IMG/VR virus record: IMGVR_UViG_3300023109_002988 | Span: 1 to 64,000 of that record | Length of the DNA: 64,000 nt | DNA from: a virus | Reading direction: 5' to 3' (one strand) | Part shown: positions 1 through 9,819 of the stretch, one piece after another | Numbering within the stretch: the first letter of the stretch is position 1 | Layout of the letters: the number at the start of each line of letters is the position of its first letter | The notes under the pieces: generated by a model | The model's input: the letters and a program-made list of their open reading frames with translations, nothing else | Database searches by the model: none | Told to the model about the DNA's origin: nothing | Position numbers and translations under genes: made by a program

Positions 1-112
1 GAGGATTGCTGAAATGCAAAAAGAGACAGTCAAAAAAGAAGCAGAAAGGCTTGAGGGTATGGCTGAGTGGAAAGCTAGAATTTTAGGTATAAGTCAAGAC
101 GATGTCATTTAA
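1..112 (+). CDS. 3' end of upstream gene (partial; ...RIAEMQKETVKKEAERLEGMAEWKARILGISQDDVI*)
   Basis: Open frame from base 2 to TAA at 110-112, overlapping the next ATG at 102. Function unknown. Confidence 0.6.
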   Translation, partial: RIAEMQKETVKKEAERLEGMAEWKARILGISQDDVI

Positions 113-1022
113 ATGCAAAGAATGTGGAAAGGACTTCGAATCACAAAGAGGTCTTCATACTCATATAAAGAAACACGACATGTTTCTTGGGGATTACTAC
201 GTAAAGCATTACGCCCGAAAGAACAAGCTTACGGGAGACCTTCTCCCCTTTAAGAACTATAAGGATTACTTTTCGAAAGATTTCTCTCAACCACACCAAC
301 TCATGGAGTGGGTTAACAAGTCACCAGCTCAAGAAGTAAGAGAATACTTAATTGAAATACTACAAAAGAGAGTATCTAATAAAGATATGGGCTATGGCCC
401 AACGGAGTTGGAGCTAAGATCAGCTGGATTACCATCAATTGAGGTTTACAAAAAGTATTTTGGCAGTTACACATATGCATGTGATAAGGCTGGCGTAATG
501 CCATTACTAGGGAGTCAATTGCCAAAAGAGTTCTTTAATGATTATTCTGATGTCAAAATATTAATTGATACTAGGGAGCAGCAACCTCTTTCTTTTAAAA
601 ACTCAGAGTCTTTTAAATTGGATGTGGGCGATTATGGCGTTACTGCCAAAGATTATGATTACACTTACGTGGATAGAAAGTCATTTGGTGATTTTTGCGG
701 CACAACTACCGTGGGATATTCTCGTTTTTGCAAAGAGCTTGATAGATGTAGGTCTTTGGGGGCTTATTTGTTTGTGGTAATGGAATTCTCGTTCGAAGGC
801 ATTGATGAGTGCAATTACAAAAGCTTCAAAAAGTATAAACTTGATTATGTGCTTCATAATATGCGTGAAATACAAAAGCAATATAAAGACTGTTGTCAAT
901 TTGTGTTTGCTGGGTCTAGAGAGTTAAGCGAAGAGCTTATTCCCAAACTACTTGTTTGCGGTAAGAAATCTTGGAAGACTGATATAAATTATTTTTGGTC
1001 TAAACATCTAAAAGAATTATGA
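102..1022 (+). CDS. C2H2 zinc finger + ERCC4/XPF-family nuclease domain protein
   Basis: N-terminal CKECGKDF..LHTHIKKH (C2H2). ILIDTREQQP..LDVGDY..VDRKS matches the ERCC4 signature (DxRE..GDY..ERKS-like). Overlaps the terminase start (ATGA). Confidence 0.75.
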   Translation: MSFKCKECGKDFESQRGLHTHIKKHDMFLGDYYVKHYARKNKLTGDLLPFKNYKDYFSKDFSQPHQLMEWVNKSPAQEVREYLIEILQKRVSNKDMGYGPTELELRSAGLPSIEVYKKYFGSYTYACDKAGVMPLLGSQLPKEFFNDYSDVKILIDTREQQPLSFKNSESFKLDVGDYGVTAKDYDYTYVDRKSFGDFCGTTTVGYSRFCKELDRCRSLGAYLFVVMEFSFEGIDECNYKSFKKYKLDYVLHNMREIQKQYKDCCQFVFAGSRELSEELIPKLLVCGKKSWKTDINYFWSKHLKEL

Positions 1023-2878
1023 GTTGGGTAAAAGGAATACAAGAGTCTAGAAACAGGTTTCCAGATATTAATAAAGAGCTTTTAGAGATAGAAGGATATC
1101 TCGAGGAAGACGAAGCTAAGATATTGTTTTATAAATTTCTACGACAGAATCCATCTTTTGCTGCAGAGTTCATAACTGGTGTTAGATTGTTCCCTTTCCA
1201 GCATATGGCTATTAAGGGCATGATGGAGACCGATTACTTTTTGGGGATATGGAGTCGTGGAATGTCCAAAAGCTTCTCTACGGCCGTTTTTGCGCTATTA
1301 GACGCCATTTTAAACCAAGGCGTCCACATAGGAATCATATCTAAGTCTTTTCGTCAGTCAAAAATGATATTTACTAAGATGGAAGAGATAGCTCAAAGCC
1401 CCAAAGCTGAGTTTTTATCTCAATGCATAACAAGGGTGTCTAAAGCTAACGACCAATGGGTCATGGAAATCGGATCAAGCAAAATTACTGCTTTGCCTTT
1501 AGGAGATGGCGAGAAGCTACGTGGTTTTCGTTTTGAGAGGATGATTATTGATGAGCTACTCCTGATGCCTGAGAAAGTCTTGAATGAGGTCATCATGCCG
1601 TTCCTTTCTGTTATCAAGAATCCAACAGAGAGACAAGAAACTTATGATCTCGAAACAGAGATGATAAAACAAGGTAAGTTAACCGAAGAAGAGAGAACAA
1701 AGTGGCCCAACAACAAAATTATAGGGTTGTCATCTGCCTCTTACAAGTTTGAGCATTTGTACAAGATGTATAGTCAATATGAATCATTGATTTTAAACGA
1801 AAACGAACAAGATAAAGCTCACAGGACAATAATGCACTTTAGTTATGACTGTGCGCCACAACAGCTTTATGATCAAAACCTTATTGACCAAGCAAAGGCG
1901 ACCATGAGCCAATCTCAGTTCGACCGAGAGTTTATGGCTGTATTCACAGATGATAGTTCTGGCTATTTCAAGGTTAGTAAAATGGCGGCATGTACAATTC
2001 CAGACGGAGAGGGTCAATCTGTTGAGGTTATTGGGTTACCACAAGATGAATATATACTTGCTTTTGACCCATCTTGGTCTGAGAGTGAATCATCTGATGA
2101 TTTTGCTATTATGCTTATAAAGCTTAACAAGGAATCTAAAAAAGGCACTGTAGTTCATAGTTACGCTTTGCCAGGAGCTAATCTAAAAACACATATAGAG
2201 TACATGGCTTACCTTCTGACGCATTTCAATATAGTATCAGTTGTGGGTGACTATAATGGAGGTGTACAGTTTTTAAACTCCTGTAATGAGAGTAGTATAT
2301 TTAAAACAAAAAAATTAAAACTAAATGTAATAGATGCTGATCTTGATAACCACCAAGAATACGACAAAGGATTACGCAGCTTGAAAAGGCAGTACAATAA
2401 AGACACAAGTACTTATGTTTTCCTAAGGAAGCCAACCTCTAAATGGATTAGATACGCTAATGAATTACTACAAGCTTCTTTTGATCATAAGAGGATATTC
2501 TTTGCTGGCGCTGCCATGAATGATGATTACAATAAACAAAGAAAAGCAAAAATACCTATAAAAAAAATAAGCTTTCTGCCAAATTATCAAAACAACTCCG
2601 AACCTTCCAAAATGATTGATTTTGTTGAACACCAAAAGGATATGATGGATCTTATTAAGGTCGAGTGTGCTTTGATACAAGTAAACACATCTGTTCAGGG
2701 AACCCAAAGTTTTGATTTACCAATAAACCTAAGAAAACAAAGCAGTGCAGATAAAGCAAGGAAGGACTCTTATTCTGCAATGATATTGGGGAATTGGATG
2801 ATGAATGTTTACTACGACATGATGGATGATAAGATTGATTCAAGCCAAGGCACATTTACACCCATGTTTATAGATTAG
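1019..2878 (+). CDS. terL: Terminase large subunit
   Basis: LFPFQ Q-motif, Walker A SRGMSKS, LRGFRF followed by Walker B MIIDE, RNase H-like LAFDPS and KDSYSA; upstream of portal. Confidence 0.9.
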   Translation: MSWVKGIQESRNRFPDINKELLEIEGYLEEDEAKILFYKFLRQNPSFAAEFITGVRLFPFQHMAIKGMMETDYFLGIWSRGMSKSFSTAVFALLDAILNQGVHIGIISKSFRQSKMIFTKMEEIAQSPKAEFLSQCITRVSKANDQWVMEIGSSKITALPLGDGEKLRGFRFERMIIDELLLMPEKVLNEVIMPFLSVIKNPTERQETYDLETEMIKQGKLTEEERTKWPNNKIIGLSSASYKFEHLYKMYSQYESLILNENEQDKAHRTIMHFSYDCAPQQLYDQNLIDQAKATMSQSQFDREFMAVFTDDSSGYFKVSKMAACTIPDGEGQSVEVIGLPQDEYILAFDPSWSESESSDDFAIMLIKLNKESKKGTVVHSYALPGANLKTHIEYMAYLLTHFNIVSVVGDYNGGVQFLNSCNESSIFKTKKLKLNVIDADLDNHQEYDKGLRSLKRQYNKDTSTYVFLRKPTSKWIRYANELLQASFDHKRIFFAGAAMNDDYNKQRKAKIPIKKISFLPNYQNNSEPSKMIDFVEHQKDMMDLIKVECALIQVNTSVQGTQSFDLPINLRKQSSADKARKDSYSAMILGNWMMNVYYDMMDDKIDSSQGTFTPMFID

Positions 2879-2880
2879 AT

Positions 2881-3351
2881 ATGCAAGATTTCAGATCTCT
2901 AGAGGCTAATTTTAGCACAATTAAAAAAGAATACGAACAGATAAAAAACAGCATGTTGAATTATCCAGAAACAAACCTTTACAATAATGCGGGTTGGGAA
3001 GTTTTTCCTATTTTTAATTGGCCTCATGGGGAGATTATAGAAGAGACATCAAAGCTATTGCCAGAGACGACAAAACTTATAGAGAAATATGTGCCAAATC
3101 ATAAATCGGCTTCGTTTTCTAGATTAAAACCTAAAACAATTATCAAGCCTCATATGGGACATCAAGGAGACTTCTTAAGATATCATTTGGGAATTGATGT
3201 ATATGAAGGAAATTGTGGGTTAAGATCTGAAGGTAAGGTGTATAGATGGGAGAACGGAAAGTCCTTTGTGTTCGACGATAGGAAAGTTCATTCAGCTTGG
3301 AATAAAAGCAGCAAAGACAGAGTTATATTAATAATTGATTTTACAGAATAA
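2881..3351 (+). CDS. Aspartyl/asparaginyl beta-hydroxylase-family 2OG-Fe(II) oxygenase
   Basis: FSRLKP..IKPHMG..LRYHLGI..W..GK..FDD..H.AWN...DRVILIIDF motif set. Confidence 0.85.
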   Translation: MQDFRSLEANFSTIKKEYEQIKNSMLNYPETNLYNNAGWEVFPIFNWPHGEIIEETSKLLPETTKLIEKYVPNHKSASFSRLKPKTIIKPHMGHQGDFLRYHLGIDVYEGNCGLRSEGKVYRWENGKSFVFDDRKVHSAWNKSSKDRVILIIDFTE

Positions 3352-3352
3352 A

Positions 3353-3871
3353 ATGGAATACGATTTCGAAAAACTAAAAGAAAGATTTAAACCTATAGAA
3401 GATAGGTGGGAAGACATAAGAGCTGAGTATGATGGTATAGCAGAGAAGTTTTCTGCTTGGCCAGCGACATACATAAACAAAGGCGACACTTGGACTTTGT
3501 TTCCGATATTCGATAGAAGAACAGAGAGTATAGGGGCTAGAGTTGGGTGTGATATTGAAAAGACTTTCCAACCAATGATTCCGATAACTACATCTTTAAT
3601 AAAAAAGTATATACCAACTCATGGAGCTTGTGGGTTTTCTAGAATGGAGCCTGGGGCTTATCTTAAGCCACACTACGGATATAAAACGCCACATCTTAGA
3701 TACCACCTAGGGATTGATTGTCCAAGTGGTAATATAGGTCTTAATTGTGAAGGAAAAATATACAGATGGAAAGACAAAGAATCTTTTATCTTCGATGATA
3801 GAAAACTTCATCATGCTTGGAATAAAAGCAGAAAAAGAAGAACTATTTTGATGATAGATTTTATACCTTAA
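3353..3871 (+). CDS. Second Asp/Asn beta-hydroxylase-family paralog
   Basis: FSRMEPG..LKPHYG..LRYHLGI..FDDRKLHHAWN..RTILMIDF. ATG at 3353 preferred over the track start at 3335. Confidence 0.85.
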   Translation: MEYDFEKLKERFKPIEDRWEDIRAEYDGIAEKFSAWPATYINKGDTWTLFPIFDRRTESIGARVGCDIEKTFQPMIPITTSLIKKYIPTHGACGFSRMEPGAYLKPHYGYKTPHLRYHLGIDCPSGNIGLNCEGKIYRWKDKESFIFDDRKLHHAWNKSRKRRTILMIDFIP

Positions 3872-3932
3872 TTTAAAAGTTACTTTTAAAAGTTAAAAGT
3901 TTAACTTTACACTTTTCCGTGTATAATCTTTT

Positions 3933-5900
3933 ATGGCAAAGAGGAAATATACAAAAAAATCTGAATATTGGAACAAGCTTAGTGAGAAGAGCCAACCAAT
4001 AGCAGGCGCATCAGAAGATTTTCAACCAGATATGCTGGGCGAAGCTTTTTACACAGCTTCGGCTTCTTACAGAACGTCGAAAGCGTCTAGAGCTACATCT
4101 ACTCAAAAAGGTGTATCAAGATTTAATAGGTCAGCTTTAGATAAAAAAACAGATAGGTTTTCTAGTATTAGAGGAGGCCTTCTTCCATATAAGTATTCGG
4201 CCGATGGAGTTAATGTGAGGGATGCTATTGAGCTTTGTCAAAAAGCTTACGCAAACGTTTCTGTTTTCAGAAATGCTGTGGATATAATGTCCGAGTTCGC
4301 CAATACAGATTTGTTTTTAGAGGGAGGCACAAAGAAAAGCAGAGAGTTTTTCCAGGAGTGGTTTAAGAAGATAAATTTAACTAATTTAAAAGATCAATAC
4401 TTCAGAGAATATTATAGAAGCGGCAATATATTCTTGTATAGACTTGATGGTAAATTTCAAGAGGACGATTTCATAGATTTGGTTAGATCAATATCACCAA
4501 CTGGTATATCTAAGAATAGTATACCCATAAGATATATATTGATGAACCCATACGATATAGTAGCTACAAGAGCTTCGTCGTTTAATGATGGAGCTTACGA
4601 AAAAATACTTTCTGAGTATGAGATGTCAAGGCTGCAAAACCCATCCACAGATGAAGATAGAGAAATATTCGACTCTCTACCTAAAGATGTTCAAGAAAAC
4701 ATAAAAAGAGGAAATTATAACACAGACGGTCTAAAAATTAAACTAGACCCAGAAAAAGTGTCTCATTCTTTTTATAAAAAACAAGATTACGAGCCATTTG
4801 CTATTCCATTTGGATATCCAGTTCTTGAAGACATTAATGCAAAGCTTGAGCTTAAAAAAATGGATCAAGCAATAACACGAACCATTGAAAACGTAATACT
4901 TTTGATAACAATGGGGGCAGAGCCTGATAAGGGGGGCATCAATGCACAAAATTTAAACGCAATGCAAAACCTTTTCAAAAACGAAAGTGTTGGGCGTGTT
5001 CTTGTATCAGATTATACAACCAAAGCCGAATTTATTATACCCGACCTTAATAAAGTTCTTGGGTCTGAAAAATACAAAGTGCTAAACGAAGATATTAAGC
5101 AAGGATTGCAAAACGTTGTTGTTGGTGAGGAGAAATACGGCGCAACACAAGTTAAGGCTCAGATATTTATTGATAGACTCAAAGAAGCCAGAAATGCTTT
5201 CTTGGCAGACTTTTTACAAAAAGAAATCAAAAGAATATCTAAAGAATTAGGTTTTAGATCTTACCCCACAGCGACATTTAAAGATGTGGATATGAGAGAT
5301 GAGGCTCAACTAATGAAAGTTGCGACAAGACTTATGGAGCTTGGTGTTATTACACCTCAACAAGGCATGGAGATGTTCCACACGGGTAAATTCCCCAATG
5401 TAGAAGATATAAGCCCAGCCCAAAAGAAGTTTATAGAGGAAAGGGAAGAAGGTTATTACAACCCTATAGTGGGCGGTGTGCCAATGCTAGAGCCAGCCAC
5501 TGGCGATACCCCAAAAGGACCAAACGGTCAAGCAGGAAGACCAGAAGGAACATCTGGCATACCTCAAGAAAATTCTGAAGCTAAGTATTCAAGAAGCAAT
5601 ATAGAAAAAACAATCCATAATCTTGAAACAGTTAGGGCTGAAGTAAAGAAGGAGATGAGAGATAAATTAAAGATTAAGAGGTTTACAAAAAACAACGAAA
5701 AGATGTTGGACAGTTTATGCGAAGCTGTAGTTTGTTCCACTAGCATTGAAAGTTGGACGCAAAAAGCAGTTTCTTGTGTATCTAATTTAGAAGAAATACA
5801 AAATCTAGATGTTTTACCTGAAATTCTTGATATATCAGCGAAACACGAACTAGATAATTATTCATCTGCAATATTGTACCATAGTAATGAAAACAAATAA
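3933..5900 (+). CDS. Portal protein
   Basis: Position between terminase and protease, 655 aa, portal-like segments (NAVDIMSEF, EYYRSGN.F.Y, KKQDYEPFAIP). Confidence 0.75.
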   Translation: MAKRKYTKKSEYWNKLSEKSQPIAGASEDFQPDMLGEAFYTASASYRTSKASRATSTQKGVSRFNRSALDKKTDRFSSIRGGLLPYKYSADGVNVRDAIELCQKAYANVSVFRNAVDIMSEFANTDLFLEGGTKKSREFFQEWFKKINLTNLKDQYFREYYRSGNIFLYRLDGKFQEDDFIDLVRSISPTGISKNSIPIRYILMNPYDIVATRASSFNDGAYEKILSEYEMSRLQNPSTDEDREIFDSLPKDVQENIKRGNYNTDGLKIKLDPEKVSHSFYKKQDYEPFAIPFGYPVLEDINAKLELKKMDQAITRTIENVILLITMGAEPDKGGINAQNLNAMQNLFKNESVGRVLVSDYTTKAEFIIPDLNKVLGSEKYKVLNEDIKQGLQNVVVGEEKYGATQVKAQIFIDRLKEARNAFLADFLQKEIKRISKELGFRSYPTATFKDVDMRDEAQLMKVATRLMELGVITPQQGMEMFHTGKFPNVEDISPAQKKFIEEREEGYYNPIVGGVPMLEPATGDTPKGPNGQAGRPEGTSGIPQENSEAKYSRSNIEKTIHNLETVRAEVKKEMRDKLKIKRFTKNNEKMLDSLCEAVVCSTSIESWTQKAVSCVSNLEEIQNLDVLPEILDISAKHELDNYSSAILYHSNENK

Positions 5901-7413
5901 AAGCAAAAAACTACCCTACAAATACACAACCACTTTTGAAGCAGAAGTTTTTTCTTGCGACATAGGAGGAGATTCTTTTATATCAAAAGCATCACTCGAT
6001 AATCTTGAGTCGCTAGTGCCAAAAGGTGTAAACTTTGCAGATAACATTGATCTTATGGGGGTTGCTTTTAACGCAGCTGTAGTAAATAAATTTAATAAAA
6101 ATGGCGATGGAATTGATTCCAGCACAGCCATTGAGTATACAAAAAACTTTATACATAAGCCAACAAATATAGAACACGATAAAGATAGAATTGTCGGTCA
6201 TATTGCAAGCGCTGGTTGGAGTGAGTACGGGACAAGTAGAGTTATGCAAGCCAATGAGCTTGAAGGTTATAAAAAACCATTCAACATTGCTTTGGGAGCT
6301 TTGGTTTATAAATCAGCTAACCCAACATTCGCAGAGGCTTTAGAAAAATCATGTAGCTCTGGCGATGAGATGTATCATTCTGTATCTACGAGTTGGGAAG
6401 TTGGATTCTCCGAATATGTTCTCGCTGTTGGTAGTGAGTATTTGGAAGAAGCCAGAATAGTATCAGATCCAAAAGAGATGGAAGAGATGGTCGGATGCCT
6501 TAAATCTCTAGGTGGATGTGGAAAAACAGACAAGGGTGAAGTTGTAAGTAGGCTTATAACGGGTAAAATTTACCCGCTTGGTATTGGTTACACAACGAAC
6601 CCAGCAGCCGACGTTAAGGGTGTCTATATGAAACCTGAAGAGAAAAAACAAATTATCATTAAAGATAAAAGAGATAAAAATATTTCACAAAGTGAAAAAA
6701 CTAATGTAAACCTTAAAAAGAATAATTCTATGGAAACTGAAAAAGTTATCAACGAACTGAAGGATCTTCTTAACGAAAAGAAGTTCTCGCAAGAAGCAGT
6801 CGCTTCTATGACCAGCACCTTTGCAGATGCTATCAAAGAAAAAGACGAAGAGTTTCGTGCAGAGCTTACTAAAGCACAAGAAGAAAAAGAGGCTGTTGCT
6901 GCAGAGCACCAAGAACTTAAAACTTCAGTCGAAGACTTGAAGGCAAAGTTTGAGGAAGCCCAAAACAAAATCGCCGAATACGAAGCTACAATTAAAGCTG
7001 AAGAAGCTGTAGCCCGTTTCAATGAGCGTATGGACATCCTCGATCAAAAATTTGATCTTGAAGACCAAGATAAAGAGTTTTTAGCTCAGGAGCTTAAATC
7101 AATCGACGAAGCTGAAGAAGCTTTTGCGTCTTTTGAAGAAAAGCTTTCTGTTTTGTGGAGACACAAGAGTAAAGAAGCTAAAGCTGAGTTTGAGAAGCAA
7201 GTGGAAGCTCGCATTCAGGAAGAAGTTGAGAAGAGAATCTCAAAGCCTACTGAAGAAGCTGTAGCTAGCAAAACTCAAGAAGAAATCCTTGATGGGGCCG
7301 AAACTACGGAAGCGGCCGTTTGTAATTCTAACGAAGAGTCTTCACGCGAAGAGCAAACCATTAGAGAAAAGCTCGCTGCAGCTTTTGATCGCAGCAACAT
7401 AGAAATTTCATAA
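5887..7413 (+). CDS. Prohead protease fused to C-terminal coiled-coil scaffold
   Basis: NKNGD..PTNIEHD..IVGHI..STSWEV..GIGYTTNPAA resembles phage prohead proteases. The C-terminal ~230 aa is an E/K/A-rich coiled coil. Confidence 0.75.
   Translation: MKTNKSKKLPYKYTTTFEAEVFSCDIGGDSFISKASLDNLESLVPKGVNFADNIDLMGVAFNAAVVNKFNKNGDGIDSSTAIEYTKNFIHKPTNIEHDKDRIVGHIASAGWSEYGTSRVMQANELEGYKKPFNIALGALVYKSANPTFAEALEKSCSSGDEMYHSVSTSWEVGFSEYVLAVGSEYLEEARIVSDPKEMEEMVGCLKSLGGCGKTDKGEVVSRLITGKIYPLGIGYTTNPAADVKGVYMKPEEKKQIIIKDKRDKNISQSEKTNVNLKKNNSMETEKVINELKDLLNEKKFSQEAVASMTSTFADAIKEKDEEFRAELTKAQEEKEAVAAEHQELKTSVEDLKAKFEEAQNKIAEYEATIKAEEAVARFNERMDILDQKFDLEDQDKEFLAQELKSIDEAEEAFASFEEKLSVLWRHKSKEAKAEFEKQVEARIQEEVEKRISKPTEEAVASKTQEEILDGAETTEAAVCNSNEESSREEQTIREKLAAAFDRSNIEIS
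6683..6709 (+). promoter_or_regulatory. Putative internal late promoter TTTCAC-N15-ATGTAA ahead of in-frame ATG 6730 (scaffold)
   Basis: Near-identical to the element at 13584-13610 (minus strand), with the same spacing and distance to an ATG. Confidence 0.55.
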
Positions 7414-7435
7414 CAATTTAACAAAATATAATAAT

Positions 7436-8044
7436 ATGTCACTTAGAATTCTACCATTTAGACAATATGACGAAAATGATGTAATCAATCTTTTCGCCCT
7501 TGAAGGTGCTAGCGCAAACGAGGCCACTACGGACTCTGGTGCTGGCGATGCTGGTGTATTTGTTAAGGTCTCCGCAGGAGATTTTGACCAAGACCCAGTT
7601 TCATACTCAGACGACTCTTACCTTGGTAAGACCGACTACCCATTCATCAAAGCTCAATATCCAAAAGTAAACCTTGAGTGTGCTCCTGCTTCTAGCGGTG
7701 ATGCTCTTCTTGGAATTACTCTTCGTCAAACTGCAAAGACTGACGAAAACGGAGAAAAGCTTCTTTACAATCCAGTTAAAGCAGAAGAGCTTGGCTGTGT
7801 TATGCCTGGACAAGCTGTTCCTGTTGCAACCCGTGGTGTGTTCACCATCACTGCTGATGCATACACTGGCTCTCTTTCAGTTGGTGGAGGTGTAGCTCTC
7901 AGCGCTACAGCTGGTAAAGTTAAGGCTTGCGCCGCAACTGCAGCAGAAAAAGTTGGTACAGTAATCGGAACTGGTAGCCGCTCAAGCGGTACTATCACTG
8001 ACGCTTTTGCTGGTGATTATGCAGTTATCGCTCTTGGTCTGTAA
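7436..8044 (+). CDS. Probable head decoration/capsid cement protein
   Basis: Small A/G/T-rich protein directly upstream of the MCP, with PGQAVPVATRG motif and highly-expressed codon bias. Confidence 0.6.
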   Translation: MSLRILPFRQYDENDVINLFALEGASANEATTDSGAGDAGVFVKVSAGDFDQDPVSYSDDSYLGKTDYPFIKAQYPKVNLECAPASSGDALLGITLRQTAKTDENGEKLLYNPVKAEELGCVMPGQAVPVATRGVFTITADAYTGSLSVGGGVALSATAGKVKACAATAAEKVGTVIGTGSRSSGTITDAFAGDYAVIALGL

Positions 8045-8080
8045 TCTTTAACATTTAACAAGAAATATATATATAATAAC

Positions 8081-9214
8081 ATGAAAATTTCACTCAAAAG
8101 AACTCCAGAACAAGTCGAGCTTATCAAAGCTATGGCTTCGAAGAATCGTTCGGTTGCTTATGAAGCTCAAGTAGCTCTTGCCGAATTTATCGGTCCAGTT
8201 ATTGCTGAAGTAATCAATAATGCTCCAGTACTCAGTAACCTGTTTACTTCTCTTAGTTACAACTCAGAGGACAATCCTTCAATTCCGTTGGATCTGTACT
8301 ACGATGTTACTGACGAAGATTATGTTAACGTTTACAGCACTAGCGTTGCTGGTGGTCTACCTCAGAATCAGGTAACACCTACAGTTTCTGAGCTTAAGGT
8401 CGCTACCTACAGCTTGGATACAGCAGTAAGCTTTGATCGTCGTTATGCAGCTAAGAGCCGCATGGACGTTGTAAGCAAGACATTCACTCGTATGGCTCAA
8501 GAGATTCTTCTTAAGCAAGAGCGTACTTCTGCTAACCTTATCATGGGCGCAGTAGCCAATGCATCAACTAACGGCAAGGATCATATCTTCCGTGCTGGTA
8601 CTGACGGCTCATTCCTTCTTGATGACTTCAACAACTTGATTACCCGTGCAAAGCGCATTAACACCGCTTGGAACAAAGGTACTCCAGAAGGTGGTCGTCG
8701 TGGTATTACTGACCTTATGGTTTCTCCAGAGGCAGTTAAGTCTCTTCGTGAGATGTCCTACAACCCTGTAAACACCAAGACTGGTCCTGGATCTTCCGAT
8801 AACGGAATCGCAGCTCCAGAAGGTCTTCGTGAGTCTGTTTACAACGCTGGTGGAGGTCTTCCTGACTTCTACGGTATCTCCATCATGGAGGTTAACGAGC
8901 TTGGTGTAGGCCAGAAGTTCAATACTATCTTTGATACTATTGCTGATGCAACTTCTTACTCTGATGCTAATGGTGCTAATAGCGCAGTATTCGATGGAGC
9001 TTCCGACGAAATCATGCTTGGTCTTGATCGTGGTCGTGACTCACTCGTTAAAGCAATCGCTGTCGACGAAGAGAATGGTTCTGAATTCCAACTTACCGCT
9101 GACGATCAGTATAGCATTCGTCAGAATAAGATTGGCTGGTTCGGAGGACTTGAAGAGGGCCGTATGGTTCTTGACAATCGTGCTCTGGCTGGAATCATCT
9201 GTAACGGACTGTAA
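8081..9214 (+). CDS. Major capsid protein
   Basis: 377 aa after scaffold and decoration genes, strong codon bias, followed by a terminator. Confidence 0.75.
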   Translation: MKISLKRTPEQVELIKAMASKNRSVAYEAQVALAEFIGPVIAEVINNAPVLSNLFTSLSYNSEDNPSIPLDLYYDVTDEDYVNVYSTSVAGGLPQNQVTPTVSELKVATYSLDTAVSFDRRYAAKSRMDVVSKTFTRMAQEILLKQERTSANLIMGAVANASTNGKDHIFRAGTDGSFLLDDFNNLITRAKRINTAWNKGTPEGGRRGITDLMVSPEAVKSLREMSYNPVNTKTGPGSSDNGIAAPEGLRESVYNAGGGLPDFYGISIMEVNELGVGQKFNTIFDTIADATSYSDANGANSAVFDGASDEIMLGLDRGRDSLVKAIAVDEENGSEFQLTADDQYSIRQNKIGWFGGLEEGRMVLDNRALAGIICNGL

Positions 9215-9233
9215 TAGCCTAAAACAAAAATTT

Positions 9234-9265
9234 AAAGGTCATCCTTAACGGGATGGCCTTTTTTT
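9234..9265 (+). terminator. Rho-independent terminator after MCP
   Basis: AAAGGTCATCC..GGATGGCCTTT hairpin followed by a T-run. Confidence 0.85.
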
Positions 9266-9300
9266 GTGTAAATATATTATAACAAACCTATAATATTAGT

Positions 9301-9816
9301 ATGAAAGAAGAAAACTCAAATGAAATGGACGTATCTTATGGAGTAGATCAAGATAGTGAATCCGCAAAGTACTCTTACAAGAAATCTAAAAAGAAGATGA
9401 AAAAGTCCAAAGCTAAACAAGAAAAAGCAGAACCTAAAAAGCCGAGTTTGATCACAGAGATCAATGAAATGAAAGCTAACAACGAAACCAGGACTCCTGA
9501 GTTTTCTAAAAAAATGAGCGAGCTTGAAAATATTCTGGGCGTGAGTGAAATCAATCCATTTGGCACAAATGAGCTGGACGTATTCGAAGATAAACTTAAG
9601 GGAATGAGCGAATCTGATTTGCAAGACCTTGCTTACAAGGTGGGTTTAAACCCATATATACCAGGACCACAACTCAAAGGAGTTCTTAGAAACGAATTCA
9701 AGAGCTATAATAGAAATAGCATGCGTAACTCTTTGCCTTCAAAAACAGATGCTATTAAGCTGGATCCAAACAACCCAGACCATCAAGAAACTATAAAAAT
9801 TATAGGAGAAATTTAA
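9301..9816 (+). CDS. Hypothetical protein (head module)
   Basis: 171-aa ORF, K-rich N-terminus, GTGTAA motif upstream. Confidence 0.6.
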   Translation: MKEENSNEMDVSYGVDQDSESAKYSYKKSKKKMKKSKAKQEKAEPKKPSLITEINEMKANNETRTPEFSKKMSELENILGVSEINPFGTNELDVFEDKLKGMSESDLQDLAYKVGLNPYIPGPQLKGVLRNEFKSYNRNSMRNSLPSKTDAIKLDPNNPDHQETIKIIGEI

Positions 9817-9819
9817 TAA

